NCBI GenBank assembly: GCA_963514005.1
Contig: OY740813.1
Span: 15,066,001 to 15,130,000 of the forward strand
Source of the DNA: Raja brachyura
Lineage: Eukaryota
Length of the DNA stretch: 64,000 bases
Reading direction: 5' to 3'
Below are positions 45,954 to 58,439 of this stretch, one piece after another (the first letter of the stretch is position 1; the number at the start of each line of letters is the position of its first letter). A model generated the notes under the pieces. The model was not told the origin of the DNA, did not search any database, and saw only the letters and a program-made list of their open reading frames with translations. Position numbers and translations under genes: made by a program.

Positions 45954-48900
45954 TAACTGTATTACATGCTTTTAAATTAATTCTGCACTTCTCCATAATT
46001 ATTTACTGGTACTGCTGCAGTGCAAGGGCCAGTTTGGGGTGGTAGTGTTTAGTGTATTCATGTCCATGTGACTGGCCAAGAGCTCTGTGGCACTGTATAA
46101 TAACATGTTGTTGGTTAGAAACTGAGTCTATACTGGTCTCATTGAATGTGCTGTGTGGGAAAACCTGCCGTGGTTTATTGAAGTGAAGTCTTGGCAACTG
46201 AAGCCAGATTGAATTAGCAGAAGAATTGTTTGAGTTCAAGCCTCGCCAATAAACAAGCTTACCCTTCTCAACAACTCTTAACCTGGCTGCTTTGCATTGT
46301 AAATTGAATTTTGCATTTCATCATAGTCATAACAGGGGTCTGGTCAAGACTACTTTTAACCATTAGTTTGTTTATTGTTTGTTTTGTGTGATGATTTATT
46401 GCGATGTATATGTTTGCTATTTTTAGTTTTTAAAATGTTGTTGTTTAGTCAAAAAAAATCTCAAATTATATGAATTGTAAACAGTTGAAGAACCTTCAAA
46501 TACACAACTTTAATCCCAAAGGGTCCTATCTGATGTACAGTTATTTGTTGGAAAGATATTTATAAAAGCCTGGTTACTGGCAATAGAAAGCTGCTGTGTA
46601 GAATTCAAGCCAAGTACAATTTTCTTTGAAGATTTTAACATTTTGAAACATGACTGATTTTTGAAAATTGCATTACTGTGCATATCATCCAGGAATGATC
46701 ATCACATACACTTTATAATGCTATTGCTGTCCTTGTGTTTTCTGCGATAACGTGACAGGTTAAACTACAACTATCTTCGTAACAGATCAAAAGGTATGAA
46801 TGTATATCAGCTGCTTGTACTCCACTAGCTTCATGGTACAAGTCTGCAGATGAAATATTGTACTTTCTTCAGATCTATTGTCAGAATTGAATCTTTACAT
46901 CCACATTGAGAAGGTTTCATTCCTTAAATTATCTACAAAATATTCAGATGTGTCAAGAACACCACATTGTTCCTCAATCCTGGGTTCATGGTGATGTAAG
47001 AATTGTCTTTCACTTTGAACAAGACTCTAAAGGACTTTCAGTTGCTCTCAGCTTTCTGGTAAATTGAACCGAATTCATGTACAAAAAGCTGTTGTTTCCA
47101 ATAGCTCGTATTTGAACTTATTCCGAAGACAGGAGATCAGTACCAGATGAGAGGAAACTTTTATTATCTTTCTCACCAGCTCTGAGATTTAAAAAAAAAA
47201 ATCTTTACAGAGAATTTGTGTTTTTGATAGATACTAAAAAGTAACCTGTTTGCCCAGCTGCCATTACAGAAGTATGTAAAGCACTTAAAATAAAAAGTTT
47301 TTAAAAATTGCAACTGTTAGGGAGATGTATTAAGCTGGAGATCTGTATTGCTGATGAATGGACCTGAGGCATTCAAAGCCTTCCTGAATTTATTTCATTT
47401 TGAGTTATTATAGGATTCCCATGAGTGACTGGAGATATTAGACTTTGTCAAGGAGGCATTGAGATTTCCATTTGTTTCTTGGAACCAATTTGCACAGTCC
47501 TAAGGAACATCACAGATACCTCTTGCACTACCATGAACCTATATTTTTAATTGTATTTTGACCCAGCGTCGTCTTGTTGCTGTCTTCCCTTTCACTGCCT
47601 TGTATAATTTGTTTGTGTGTTGTCTGAGTCTATGCTGCAAGCAAGTTTTTCATTGTACCTGTACATCACTGTACCTGTGCATATAACATTAACATAATCT
47701 TCTATCCATCTGGTAATATCTTTCTGTATCTAAACTCAAATGCATGTTTTGAGAGCTTGGTATCAGTCATGTGAAGGATCTGACCTTTCTATGAAGGCAA
47801 CTGAGTGAACCTGGCCAACAAAGCTGAGGATCTTAGCCTGAAGAAGGATACTGATATTGGTTCACTTATCCTGCCAGGGGGTTTAGACCATTTTGCAGGC
47901 CCTGTTTTGGATACAGCTCTCGGGTGCTTTAAGGTGCCTGCTGTAGTCGGTACATGTCGCAAGCGCTCTGCAGGCCAAGGATCCCTTTAACCCTGATTCT
48001 TTAAGTGTTCTTTCACTCAGGCAGCCAAATGCTCTGTGCTAGTGTACTGAAGTAGTTGGTGAATTTCATAATCAATGGCTCTCTTTACAAGGTAATTCCC
48101 TAAATGTGGGAAGTGGTGTACGTATTCCAGGTTCACATGTTGTTCCTAGAGGGCAACGATGTACTGTTGAACCCATTTATTATGTGTTAAATGTAAACCC
48201 CATTCTCTGAAATCTTTCAGTAAATGAGATAATGATGACTTGGAGCTTCATCTCAGTCCATGTATGGAATCATCAGCTGCAATGGAGAAACCAGGAACTG
48301 CAGATGCTGATTTATGAAAAAGACCAGAGTAACTCAGCGGGGTCAATCTGCATTTCTGCAGAACATGGATAAGTGACGCTTTGCATTGGGGCTCTTCTTA
48401 AGAGCAGTTAGTCCAGCAGTTTGTGTGCTTAGCTGCATAATGGAGTTGGTATGACAGTGGTTCTGCAGTGGAGGTGATGTTAGTTAGAAAGTTTCCCTTT
48501 TGTACATTAGCTCCACTCCAATGGGAAGTATGTCAGCCATGAGTACAGCATTGTGGTGGGAAACATTGCCCCTACACTGTGCTCAATTACATGGCCTCGT
48601 TTAACAATGATCAAAACCCAAGGCTGAGCCTGTTGCAGACCCATTGATTCAGCTTGCATGCCACCTTGTGACAGACATAAGGAAACAACATTGGAGAAGC
48701 TTGCACCACCAGTCTCTCTCAATTGAAGATGCCCAGTGAAAGTGATGAGCCAAGTAATTTTAGAAAGCCATCAATGTGTGGGGCTGACTGATGGTGGATG
48801 ATGGGATTGGGAGTGAGCAAGGAAGTAGTTCATAATCTCGGGAGAAGAACAAAAAACTGATTGAAAGTCAAGTGTGTACAATGCCCTCTAGTCTAACTAT

Positions 48901-49080
48901 TGTATATATTTGCCAATTAACATTGAACAGAATGCCTATGGCACCTTTACCTAATTGCTACTAAATATAAATTGATAAATGGAATTGCATCAAATTTTCA
49001 ATAATTGTGTTTTTAAATGTGCTATCCACAGGGCGATTTTTGCAATTTTATTTTGTTTTTATGGCGCTTGTGATCTGAAA

Positions 49081-49375
49081 CTCATTGGGTCAGGCAGCAT
49101 CTGTGGTGGGGAAATGGACAGACAATGTTTCAACTCAGTCTGAAGAAGGATCCTGACCCGAAGCATCGTCTGAAATCTTGAGCAAATAACAAAGTACTAG
49201 GGAAACTCACTGGGTCAAGCAGCATCTGTGGAGAGAATGGGCAGACGATGCTTCTTCAGACTGAGTTGAAACATTGTCTGTCCATTTCCCCCCACAGATG
49301 CTGCCTGACCCAGTGATTTTCTCCAGTACTTTGTTATTTGCTCAAGATTTCAGCATCTGGAGTTCCTTGTGTCCC
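49081..49375. mobile_element. Fold-back cluster of Penelope-like pseudo-LTR pieces
   Basis: 49081-49148 is the reverse complement of about 49252-49317; 49171-49232 is the reverse complement of about 49293-49352. Confidence 0.8.
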
Positions 49376-49594
49376 CATTAGTAAGCTGAAGCTACACACT
49401 GTTCTCCAGTGTAACCAGGCATCTGGTGCTTTTTGTAATCACCCAAACAGTGTGAAAGTAAGTTGTGGGGTGGACAATGTGTTTATGAAAGGACAAATTG
49501 AGGGAGTAGACAAAATATGGTAAATGGAGAATAATGAAATGTTGAAAAGATCTGAGGGTATTATTAAGATATGACACTATTAAATGTTGATTTA

Positions 49595-49965
49595 CCCTCC
49601 AAGAATAAGGAGGCTGAGAGGTAACCTTATAGAAGTATCTGAAATCACGAGGGCTATCAATAAGGTGGAAAGCCAATCTTTTCCTCGAGGCAGTGGAGTC
49701 TAAAACTAGAGAGCATATGGTGAGAGGAGAAAGATTTAAAGGGGGCTTGAAGGGGAAATGTTTCCACACATTTTAGTGTGTACTTGGAATGAACTGCCAG
49801 AGGAAGTGGTAGAGGTGAGAGCATTTATGACATTTACAAGGCAGTTTGACAGCTATATGGACTAGAGTAGTTTGGGGAGATATTGACCAGGCACTGGTAA
49901 ATAAGACTTGCTTCCTTAGGCAACATGGTCATCATTGCCTGTTTCAATGCTATATTACTCTAAAG
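49595..49965 (+). mobile_element. CR1 3' fragment
   Basis: aggaggctgagaggtaaccttatagaag...tggaatgaactgccagaggaagtggt. Confidence 0.75.
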
Positions 49966-50220
49966 ATCTGTGTATTCTTGAAATATAAAGTTACTATGGA
50001 GATGCAACAACTAATTAACACAATGGAAAGTTAGTTAATATTGAGCGATAATTGAATACCATTGTACAGGCATTTGAGATCAAACCTGGTTTACTTCATA
50101 TGGTTTTGGTTTCCCTAAGGATGTATTTGCCTCCGAGGCAGTATGGTGAACAGTCACAAGATTGATCCCCTGCATGTGGAGGTTGTCTCTTGAGGAATAA
50201 TTGAGCAGATCAATCTCATA

Positions 50221-50310
50221 AGGGTTTCGGCCCGAAACGTTGCCTATCTCCTTCGTTCCATAGATGCTGCTGCACCCGCTGAGTTTCTCCAGCATTTTTG
50301 TGTACCTTAG
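50221..50310 (+). mobile_element. Penelope-like pseudo-LTR fragment
   Basis: gggtttcggcccgaaacgttgcctatctccttcgttccatagatgctgctgcacccgctgag. Confidence 0.75.
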
Positions 50311-51094
50311 ATCCTTCAATGGTACTTCATTGCCACATGTGCCTTGGTACAGTGTAATTCCTTTTTTTGCATGCAGTTCAGTAAAAATCTCACTATACAT
50401 AGACTCAATCATACTTGAGTTCTCCTAAAGGAGGTGGGAGTGAGTCACAGGATGAGAGACTGACGACCTAAAATTTGTGTAAGGAGGAGTTTCCTCTGAG
50501 AATTGGAATCCTATTTGTTCTCTTTCTGAGAAAGCTGTGGATGCCAAGAGACTCTTGGACAACGGAGAAATTAAGGTTCATGGCAATCAAGCAGGAAGAG
50601 GATATTGAAACCCAAGGTCAGACTGGATATGTTATTGAATCGGCTTTAAGGGCCACGGCTTGAAGGCCACGTGGTCTACTACTCCTGTGTTTGTGTTATT
50701 TTAGTATTAGACTCATTCTTGTTCTTACGTCTGAGTAGAGGGTTAATAATAAGTCGAAGGAGCTCCACAAACAATTTTGGGAAGGAGCATGGGGACGTGT
50801 TAATTTCTATTCATTGCCTACAATGTTTACATAACTAGTTTTTATTCATAGATGCTGGCCAGGCTCCCCTGTGCTGCCAGTTCTGGTGACATCTGCACCA
50901 TTGAACTGGATCCCATCCCTTCTCTTGGGAATAAAACTAATCGTGAGAGAAAGCAACATTTTACAAATGTTTTAAAACCAATCTAAGAGTTGAGAGAGAT
51001 TTTAATGGTATTAAAATGTGAAGGCATGCCTATGGAACTAAAGACATCAAAAGCTTACAATTTACCATGCATGGGGGCATGATTAATACTTTTG

Positions 51095-51200
51095 GAAAAG
51101 ATGTTCACCCTTCCACCTCCAACACCCACTCTCTCTCACGGCACCTTCCCATGTAACTGTCATTTTATTTCCTCCCTTCCACCACCCAGGGACCCAAAAA
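51095..51200 (+). mobile_element. Possible Neptune-type Penelope linker fragment
   Basis: Translates TLPPPTPTLSHGTFPCNC...RDPK, resembling the GTFPC zinc-finger linker between RT and EN. Confidence 0.4.
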
Positions 51201-51538
51201 TTCACCCTGTCTGTTCTCATGAATTTGTCCATCTCTGTAAGATCACACCTCAGCTTCTTGCACTCCAAGGAATAAAGTCAAGCCTGCCCAGCCTCTCCCT
51301 CTGGCTCAGGCCCACAAGGCCCGGCAACATCCTCTCAAGTCTGGCACACTTCCCACCTACATCTCAAAGATGTGCAGATTGGTAGATGACCATTCCACTG
51401 TAAATTACCCCATGGTGTGGGTTGACGGTGGGGGAATGGTAGCTGGGTAGGAAGATTACAGGTGGGCCCCAGGTTCCATTCCTAGGAATTGTTTGGAACC
51501 CTCATTTTTTAACGTTGAAAGTGAAAAACAACAGTGTA

Positions 51539-51823
51539 TTTAGTTTAGAGATACAGCATGTAAACAGGCCGTTCGGCCCAATGAATACACGCCAACCATT
51601 GATCACGTGTTCACATTTTTGTATGTTATCCCATTTTCGCATCCTCTCCTGACACCAGGGGACATTTACAGAGGCCAATTAACATATAAACTCTCACGTC
51701 AAACTCAAACTCTCCCTATGGTCACAGGGAGAATGTGCAAACTCCACACAGACAGCACCCGAGGTCAGGATCGAAACTGGGTCTCTGGTGCTGAGGCAGC
51801 AGCTCTACCAGCTGCGCCACTGT
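51539..51823 (-). mobile_element. V-SINE (HE1-like)
   Basis: Similar to 40197-40477; cagtggcgcagctggtagagctgctgcctca head. Confidence 0.8.
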
Positions 51824-52129
51824 GAAGTGTGGGAGAGTTTCCAAGAAATAGCTAAGACAGAACATTGAGCAGGTTGGGAGGAGTGACACTGGTCGGCCTT
51901 ATTGACACCGTGAGTGAGAGTGCTCAGCACTCCCACTTATCCAGGTAGTTCTGCTAGGCTCCATCCAGCCCCGATTGTTGCTGTTCGATCATATGTATAG
52001 GTGTCCATAAATATGGTCTTCATAACCTGGAGAGGGTGGGTACAGGGAAAATGAGTGCGCTGTGAAATGGCCCTGTGATCCAATATAAATGGATAGTCCA
52101 TTATAAAGTATGAGGTTACGGAGTACTTC

Positions 52130-53810
52130 GAAATTCATGATAAAATAGGTCGAAGCCAGCATGGTTTTGTTCAAGGGAAGATCTTGCCAAACGAATCTGC
52201 TGGAATTCTTTGGACGTAAATAGTAAGACAGGCAGTGGACATTGTTTACCTAAATTTTCAGAAACCCTTTGATAAGGTGCCACATGTGAGGCTGCTAAGG
52301 TATCAAATGGCAGATACTAACATGAATGGCAGGTTGGCTAGATGGCAGAAGGCAAAAAGTGGCAATAAAGAGGGGGTTTCTGGTTGGCTGCCAGTGACTC
52401 GTGGAGTTCTGCAGGGGTCGGTTCTGGGGCTGCTACTCTTCACATTGTATATTTATGATTTCGATGAGGGCACTGAAGGCTTTGTAGCCAAGTTTACGGA
52501 TGATAAGAAAATGAGTGGAAGGGCAGGTAGTGCAGAGAAAGCAGGGACTCTGCCCACTCTCCCAACCCGTCCAATTCCTTCTGCAGAGAAGTGGCAGATG
52601 GAATATAGTGTAACAAAGTGTGGAGTCGTGCATTTTGGTAGCAGGAATAAAGGTGTAAACTATTTCCTAAATGGGGAGAGAATCCAGAAATTGGAGGTGC
52701 AAAGGGACTTGGGAGTGCTGGTGCAGGATTGCCAAAAGTTGATCTGCAAATCATAGTCCGAGTGATACAATGTGGAAACAGGCCCTTCGGCCCAACTCGC
52801 CCACACCGGCCAATAATGTCCCAGCTACACTAGTCCCACTTGCCTGCGCTTGGTCCATATCCCTCTAAACCTGTCCTATCCATGTACCTGTCCAACTGTT
52901 TTGTAAACGATGGGATAGTCCCAGCCTATGTCCTCTGGTCCTCGATTCCCCTACTCTGGGCAAGAGAATCTGTGCATCTACCTGATCTAATCCTCCCATG
53001 ATTTTGTACCCCTCCATAAGATCACCCCTCATCCTCCTGCGCTCCATGGAATAGAGACCAAGCCTACTTAACCTCTCCCTATAGCTCAAACTCTCTAGTC
53101 CTGTCAACATCCTCGTAAATCTTTTCTGAACCCTTTTCTGAATCGGTAGTAAACAAGGCAAATGTAATGCTAACATTTGTTTCTTGAGGGCTAGAATACA
53201 AAAACAAGGATGTGATCCTGAGGCTCTATGGCGCTGGTCAAGCCACATCTGGAGTATTGTGAGCCATTTTGGGCACCTTATCCGAGAAGGAATGTGCTGG
53301 CCCTGGAGAGGGTCCAGAGGAGGTTTATAAGAATGATTCCACGAATGAGTGGGTTAACTGATGATGATCGTTTGACGGTACTGGGCCTGTACTCGCTAGA
53401 GTTTAAAAGAATGCTGGGGGGGAGCTCATTGAAACGCACCGAATAGTGAAAGGCTTGGATAGAGTGAATGTGGAGAGGATGTTTCTACTAGTGGGAATGT
53501 GTAGGACGAGAGGTCATAACCTCAGAATTAAAGGATGCTCCTTTAGGAAGGAGATGAGAAGGAATTTCTTTAGGGAGAGGGTGGTGAATCTGTAGAATTA
53601 TTTGCCACAGAAGGCTGTGGAGGCCAAGTCAATGGATATTTTTAAAGCAGAGATAGATAGATTCTTTATTAGTATGGGTGTCAGGAATTATGGGGAGAAG
53701 GCAGGAGAATGGGGTTAGGAGGGAGAGATAGATCAGCCATGATTGAATGGCGGAGTAGACTTGATGGACCGAATGGCCTAATTCTGCTCCTGTTACTCAT
53801 AACCTTATAA
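52130..53810 (+). mobile_element. CR1 LINE RT region with a nested antisense CR1 insertion
   Basis: FQKPFDKVPH, GVLQGSVLG, FTDD, LVKPHLEYC; full 3' UTR. Confidence 0.92.
52752..53135 (-). mobile_element. CR1 3' fragment (12961-13535 subfamily) nested in opposite orientation
   Basis: ORF 52865..53248: RVQKRFTRML...RRRMRGDL. Confidence 0.88.
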
Positions 53811-53869
53811 GCCAGATGGGCAACTGTGTCAAACAAATATATGGAAATAATCCAAATTTGAAAGGCAAA

Positions 53870-54065
53870 ATACAAAGCACCCGAGGAATTCAGCAGGTCA
53901 GGCAGTATTTTTGGAGAGAATAGACAGACAACCTTTTTTTAGACTGATGAGAGTCACATACCAACATGTTATCTGTCCGTTCCCTCCACCAATGCTCCCT
54001 GATCCACTGAGTACCTCCAGTACTTTGTTTTGCTCGATTCCACCATCTGCAGTTTCTTGCCTCTT
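53870..54065. mobile_element. Degenerate inverted pair of Penelope-like pseudo-LTR pieces
   Basis: gaggaattcagcaggtcaggcag ... ctgatgag ... cctgatccactgagtacctccagtactttg. Confidence 0.6.
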
Positions 54066-54204
54066 TGTTTGAAGGATATAATCATGATAAGTGGTGTAAA
54101 ACTGCACAATATCCATAGCTACTTATCCAGTTAGTGATCAGAACGTTAATCTCGGTGCATGAGTTGCCTCCTGAAATTTATTTCTGTTAACTTCCAGGAG
54201 CGTG

Positions 54205-56370
54205 ATGATTCCGGTAACGGAGCTGCGATACTTTGCTGACACCCAGCCTGCTTACCGCATCTTGAAGCCATGGTGGGACGTGTTCACGGACTACATCTCC
54301 ATCGTGATGCTTATGATAGCAGTGTTTGGGGGAACGTTACAGGTGACACAGGACAAAATGATCTGTTTACCCTGCAAGTGGGTTTTGAACGATACTTGCA
54401 AGGATCAGCCACCCCTCACAGTATTGCCAACTGCAGAATACCTGAACGCATCCCTGCTTCCATCTTCAGTTCTTCCCCCATTTTCCGATGAACCCACAGG
54501 TATCCAATATGACTTGGACCGCCATCAGTACAATTACGTGGATGCCGTGTGCTATGAAAATAACCTTCACTGGTTTGCAAAATACTTTCCATACCTTGTA
54601 CTCCTGCACACACTAGTGTTCTTGGTGTGCAGTAATTTCTGGTTCAAATATCCTCGGACCAGCTCAAAGCTGGAACATTTTGTATCTATCCTCCTTAAAT
54701 GCTTTGACTCACCGTGGACTACACGGGCACTTTCTGAAACTGTGGTTGAGGAGAGTGACCCGAAGCAGTCATTTGTTAAAATGAATGGCTCCATGACAAA
54801 GAAATCATCCTCGGCGAGCGAGGACGTGGAGGCCAGCGTACCCATGTTGCAGAGAACAAAGTCTCGCATCGAGCAGGGGATAGTGGACCGCTCGGAAACG
54901 GGTGTGCTGGACAAGAAGGAGGGAGAGCAAGCAAAGGCCCTTTTTGAAAAAGTAAAGAAGTTCCGCACCCATGTAGAGGAAGGCGATATAGTTTACCAAC
55001 TTTACATGAGACAGACTATTATCAAAGTGATCAAATTTGCAATTATTATTAGTTACTCAGTTTATTATGTTGATGATATAAAATTTGATGTGTCTTGCAT
55101 TGTGGACATTCAGAATCTCACAGGGTACCGTGTGTATCAGTGTGCTCACCCATTAGCCACCCTGTTCAAAATTCTGGCATCATTTTACATTAGTTTAGTA
55201 ATTGTTTATGGACTCATTTGCATGTACACACTTTGGTGGATGCTCCGGCGTTCGCTGAAGAAGTATTCGTTCGAGTCCATCAGGGAGGAGAGCAGCTACA
55301 GCGACATTCCTGATGTCAAGAATGATTTTGCTTTCATGCTGCACCTGATTGATCAGTACGACCCCTTGTATTCAAAACGTTTTGCTGTCTTTTTGTCCGA
55401 GGTTAGTGAGAACAAATTGCGGCAGCTCAATCTGAATAATGAGTGGACACTGGAGAAACTCCGGCAGAGGATCATGAAAAACTCTCAGGACAAACCAGAA
55501 CTCCACCTTTTCATGCTGAGTGGAATTCCAGACACTATCTTTGACCTGACGGAGCTGGAGGTGCTGAAACTTGAGATGATCCTGGATGTCACCATTCCCC
55601 CAATTATTGCCCAACTCACGAACCTTAAGGAGCTCTGGTTGTACCACACGCCAGCAAAGATCGAGGCACCAGCCCTTGCCTTTTTGCGCGAGCACCTGAA
55701 GTCGCTGCATATCAAATTTACAGATATCAAAGAGATCCCCCTGTGGATCTACAGCCTGAAGAACCTTGAAGAGCTTCATCTAACTGGGAATCTGAGCGCA
55801 GAAAACAACCGCTACATTGTGATTGATGGCCTGCGGGATCTCAAATGTCTCAAGGTTTTGAGGTTGAAGAGTAACTTGACTAAGTTGCCGCAGGTTGTCA
55901 CTGATGTTGGTGTGCATCTCCAGAAACTGTCCATCAACAATGAGGGTACCAAACTTATGGTCCTCAATAGTCTAAAGAAGATGGTGAATCTGACAGAGTT
56001 GGAGTTGATTCGTTGTGATATGGAACGAATCCCACACTCTATCTTCAGTCTCCATAACTTGCAGGAGATTGATCTCAAAGATAACAACCTGAAGACAATC
56101 GAGGAAATAATCAGTTTCCAACACCTGCGGAGACTGGTCTGCCTTAAGCTGTGGTATAACCACATCGCCTACATCCCTATTCAAATTGGTACTCTGACCA
56201 ACATGGAAAGGCTGTACTTGAATCGAAACAAAATCGAAAAGATTCCCACACAGCTCTTCTACTGCCGCAAATTGCGGTTTTTAGATTTGAGCCATAACAA
56301 TCTAACCTCCATTCCACAGGACATTGGATTTCTTCAGAATCTGCAATATTTTGCGGTCACTGCAAACAGA
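54205..56370 (+). CDS. LRRC8A: LRRC8A (volume-regulated anion channel subunit SWELL1), large coding exon, residues 1-722
   Basis: MIPVTELRYFADTQPAYRILKPWWDVFTDY N-terminus, 4-TM pannexin-like domain, DRHQYNY filter motif, LRRs. Acceptor ttccag| at 54197, ATG at 54205 (ORF-track GTG at 54202 is not the start), donor AGA|gtgagt at 56370. Confidence 0.98.
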
Positions 56371-56479
56371 GTGAGTATATATATATATTCAATTTTGCAC
56401 TCTTTGCACTTGCACCCTTTGCCAGCTTCTGTCTATTATTGGTATTGTAGAGCAGAGGGATCTAGGAATACAAGTATGT

Positions 56480-56920
56480 AGTTCCCTGAACGTGGTATGA
56501 CAGACAGGATGGTGAGGAAAGCTTTTGGCAAGCTGGCCTTCATCAGTTAGAGAATTGAGTATCAAAGTTTGGACATTATGTTACAGTTGTACAAGACGTT
56601 TGTGAGGCTGCACTTAGTGCAGTGTGTTAGGTTTTGGTCACCCTGCCCGAAGAAAGATGCCATTTAGCTGAAAGTGTACAGAAAATATTTAAGAGAATGC
56701 TACCAGACTACGAGGGGCAACTTTTTTCACACAGAGGATAGTGGATATATGGGATGAGCTGCGATGGAAGTAGTTGAGAAAGATACAATCACTACATTTA
56801 AAAGATTACATGGATAGGAAAGGTTTAAATGGATATGAGCCAAACACAGGCAAATGGAAGTAGCATAAATCTGGGACAAGTTGGCCAGGGGGCTGATTTC
56901 TGTGCTCTATAATTCTAACT
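56480..56920 (+). mobile_element. CR1 fragment in the last LRRC8A intron
   Basis: cagttgtacaagacgtttgtgaggctgcactt...ttttggtcaccctg. Confidence 0.75.
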
Positions 56921-57047
56921 CTTCGATTTTCTCTGAATGTAAAACTCTATTTTAAAAGTGTTTCTTCAATACTACTTGGGTCCAATGAGTGCATCAGTTA
57001 AACAGTTATTTCTGTTCCCTTTGCATTTTCCTTCCCCCTTCTCATAG

Positions 57048-57323
57048 ATTGAAAACCTGCCGCCTGAACTCTTCCAGTGTCGCAAGCTCCGGACCCTAAA
57101 CCTGGGGAATAACTGCTTGCTATCGTTGCAGTCGCGGGTTGGAGAGCTAACGAGCTTGACGCAACTGGAACTTCGTGGAAACCGACTAGAATGTCTCCCC
57201 GTGGAGCTGGGGGAATGCAGGCTGCTCAAAAGAAGTGCCCTTGTTGTCGAGGATGACCTTTTCAATACTCTTCCGTCCGAAGTCAAGGAGCAGCTGTGGC
57301 GAGCAGACAAGGAACAAGCCTGA
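57048..57323 (+). CDS. LRRC8A: LRRC8A last coding exon (IENLPPELFQCRKL...LWRADKEQA*), 91 aa; protein total 813 aa
   Basis: Polypyrimidine tract plus catag| acceptor, phase 0; C-terminus WRADKEQA matches vertebrate LRRC8A. Confidence 0.97.
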   Translation: MENLPPELFQCRKLRTLNLGNNCLLSLQSRVGELTSLTQLELRGNRLECLPVELGECRLLKRSALVVEDDLFNTLPSEVKEQLWRADKEQA

Positions 57324-58439
57324 ATTTTATTTGTATCGCAGAGGGGAAAAAGGGAAATAATCTACCTTGCCAAGTCTTCAGCAGATTTTGAAGCCTGCTG
57401 CACTGCAAGATGAGCAGATCTGTGATCTAGTTCTATGTGGAATGAGTCTGATTACGGTTGTCGGAACTGCTGCTGCCCAAAAGGAACAGAGGCGTAGACG
57501 GAATGGAATGCTGCCAGTAATTAAAAGAATCATTTCAATAGTTGGATTAACTATTAATACTTCTGCTTTAATGAATCACAAAAAAAGCTAATACATTTAT
57601 AGCCATGACATGTCAACAGACTGAAATTGCCAATGTCTTGTTATTTATTTAACTAGTACTATGTTAGGGGCCGGCATTGTATATGCCTGAGTAGGCAGTA
57701 CAACCTCTGCATGAAACAACAGGGGATATTTTAAAATAAGTCCCTAAATCTTCTTAAACTTACTTAAAAGTTTTGTTCATGTCAAGCTGATTGAGCTGAA
57801 CCAGATTTTCATGTCCTTTCTGCCAATTTCTTTCAATCTGAGAGAATCACTACACTATACGTCAAATTCATATTGTCAAAACAATTCGAAAGCAAGGGGA
57901 ATTTTCACATGGGCTGTTTTCTCAGATCTAGGGACTAGTCTGAGAAGACGTAGGAGTGAGTTTTTGATACCGTTTGTATCATTTTTATTGAGGTGGTAAA
58001 AGACTAACGGAGAGTTAATGTTTCATTTTGTTAAAGTTGTACAACTTGAATCTTTCATTGAAAGTAAAAGATCCTAATCTGAGTATTTTCCATGACAGAT
58101 AAAACTTAAATGATAATTCAGATTGTAGTATTAAAGATAACATGTGAGAAATGTTTCTCCAGATATATTTTTTGGGGGTGGAAGTTACTGTATCTCAATG
58201 GATATCTAACATTACGAGAGAATGTTGAGGGCTTGAGAATCTTGCTCCTGTTTATTGTACACAGCCGAGTTAGAAATTAGTGAACCTTAGTTAAATAACC
58301 AGTTATTGGTATCCAGGTTAATTTAAAATTGATATTTTGCTTATAATATCCAAAACTTTGCAAGCCAGTACCTAGAGTTTCAGAAAACCAATGTCACCGG
58401 AGAACATTTTGCCAGTCAAAAAGGCAACCGAGCTTAATA

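Noticed and set aside
56371-56481. 36-aa tail (VSIYIYS...) of the 759-aa ORF as a real LRRC8A C-terminus
   Set aside because: Read-through past a consensus donor (AGA|gtgagt); the true last 91 aa are in 57048-57323. The resemblance to the human truncation allele arises only from the shared intron position.
54270-57310. Overlapping and antisense ORFs within LRRC8A exons
   Set aside because: Shadow ORFs expected from the codon structure of the real CDS.
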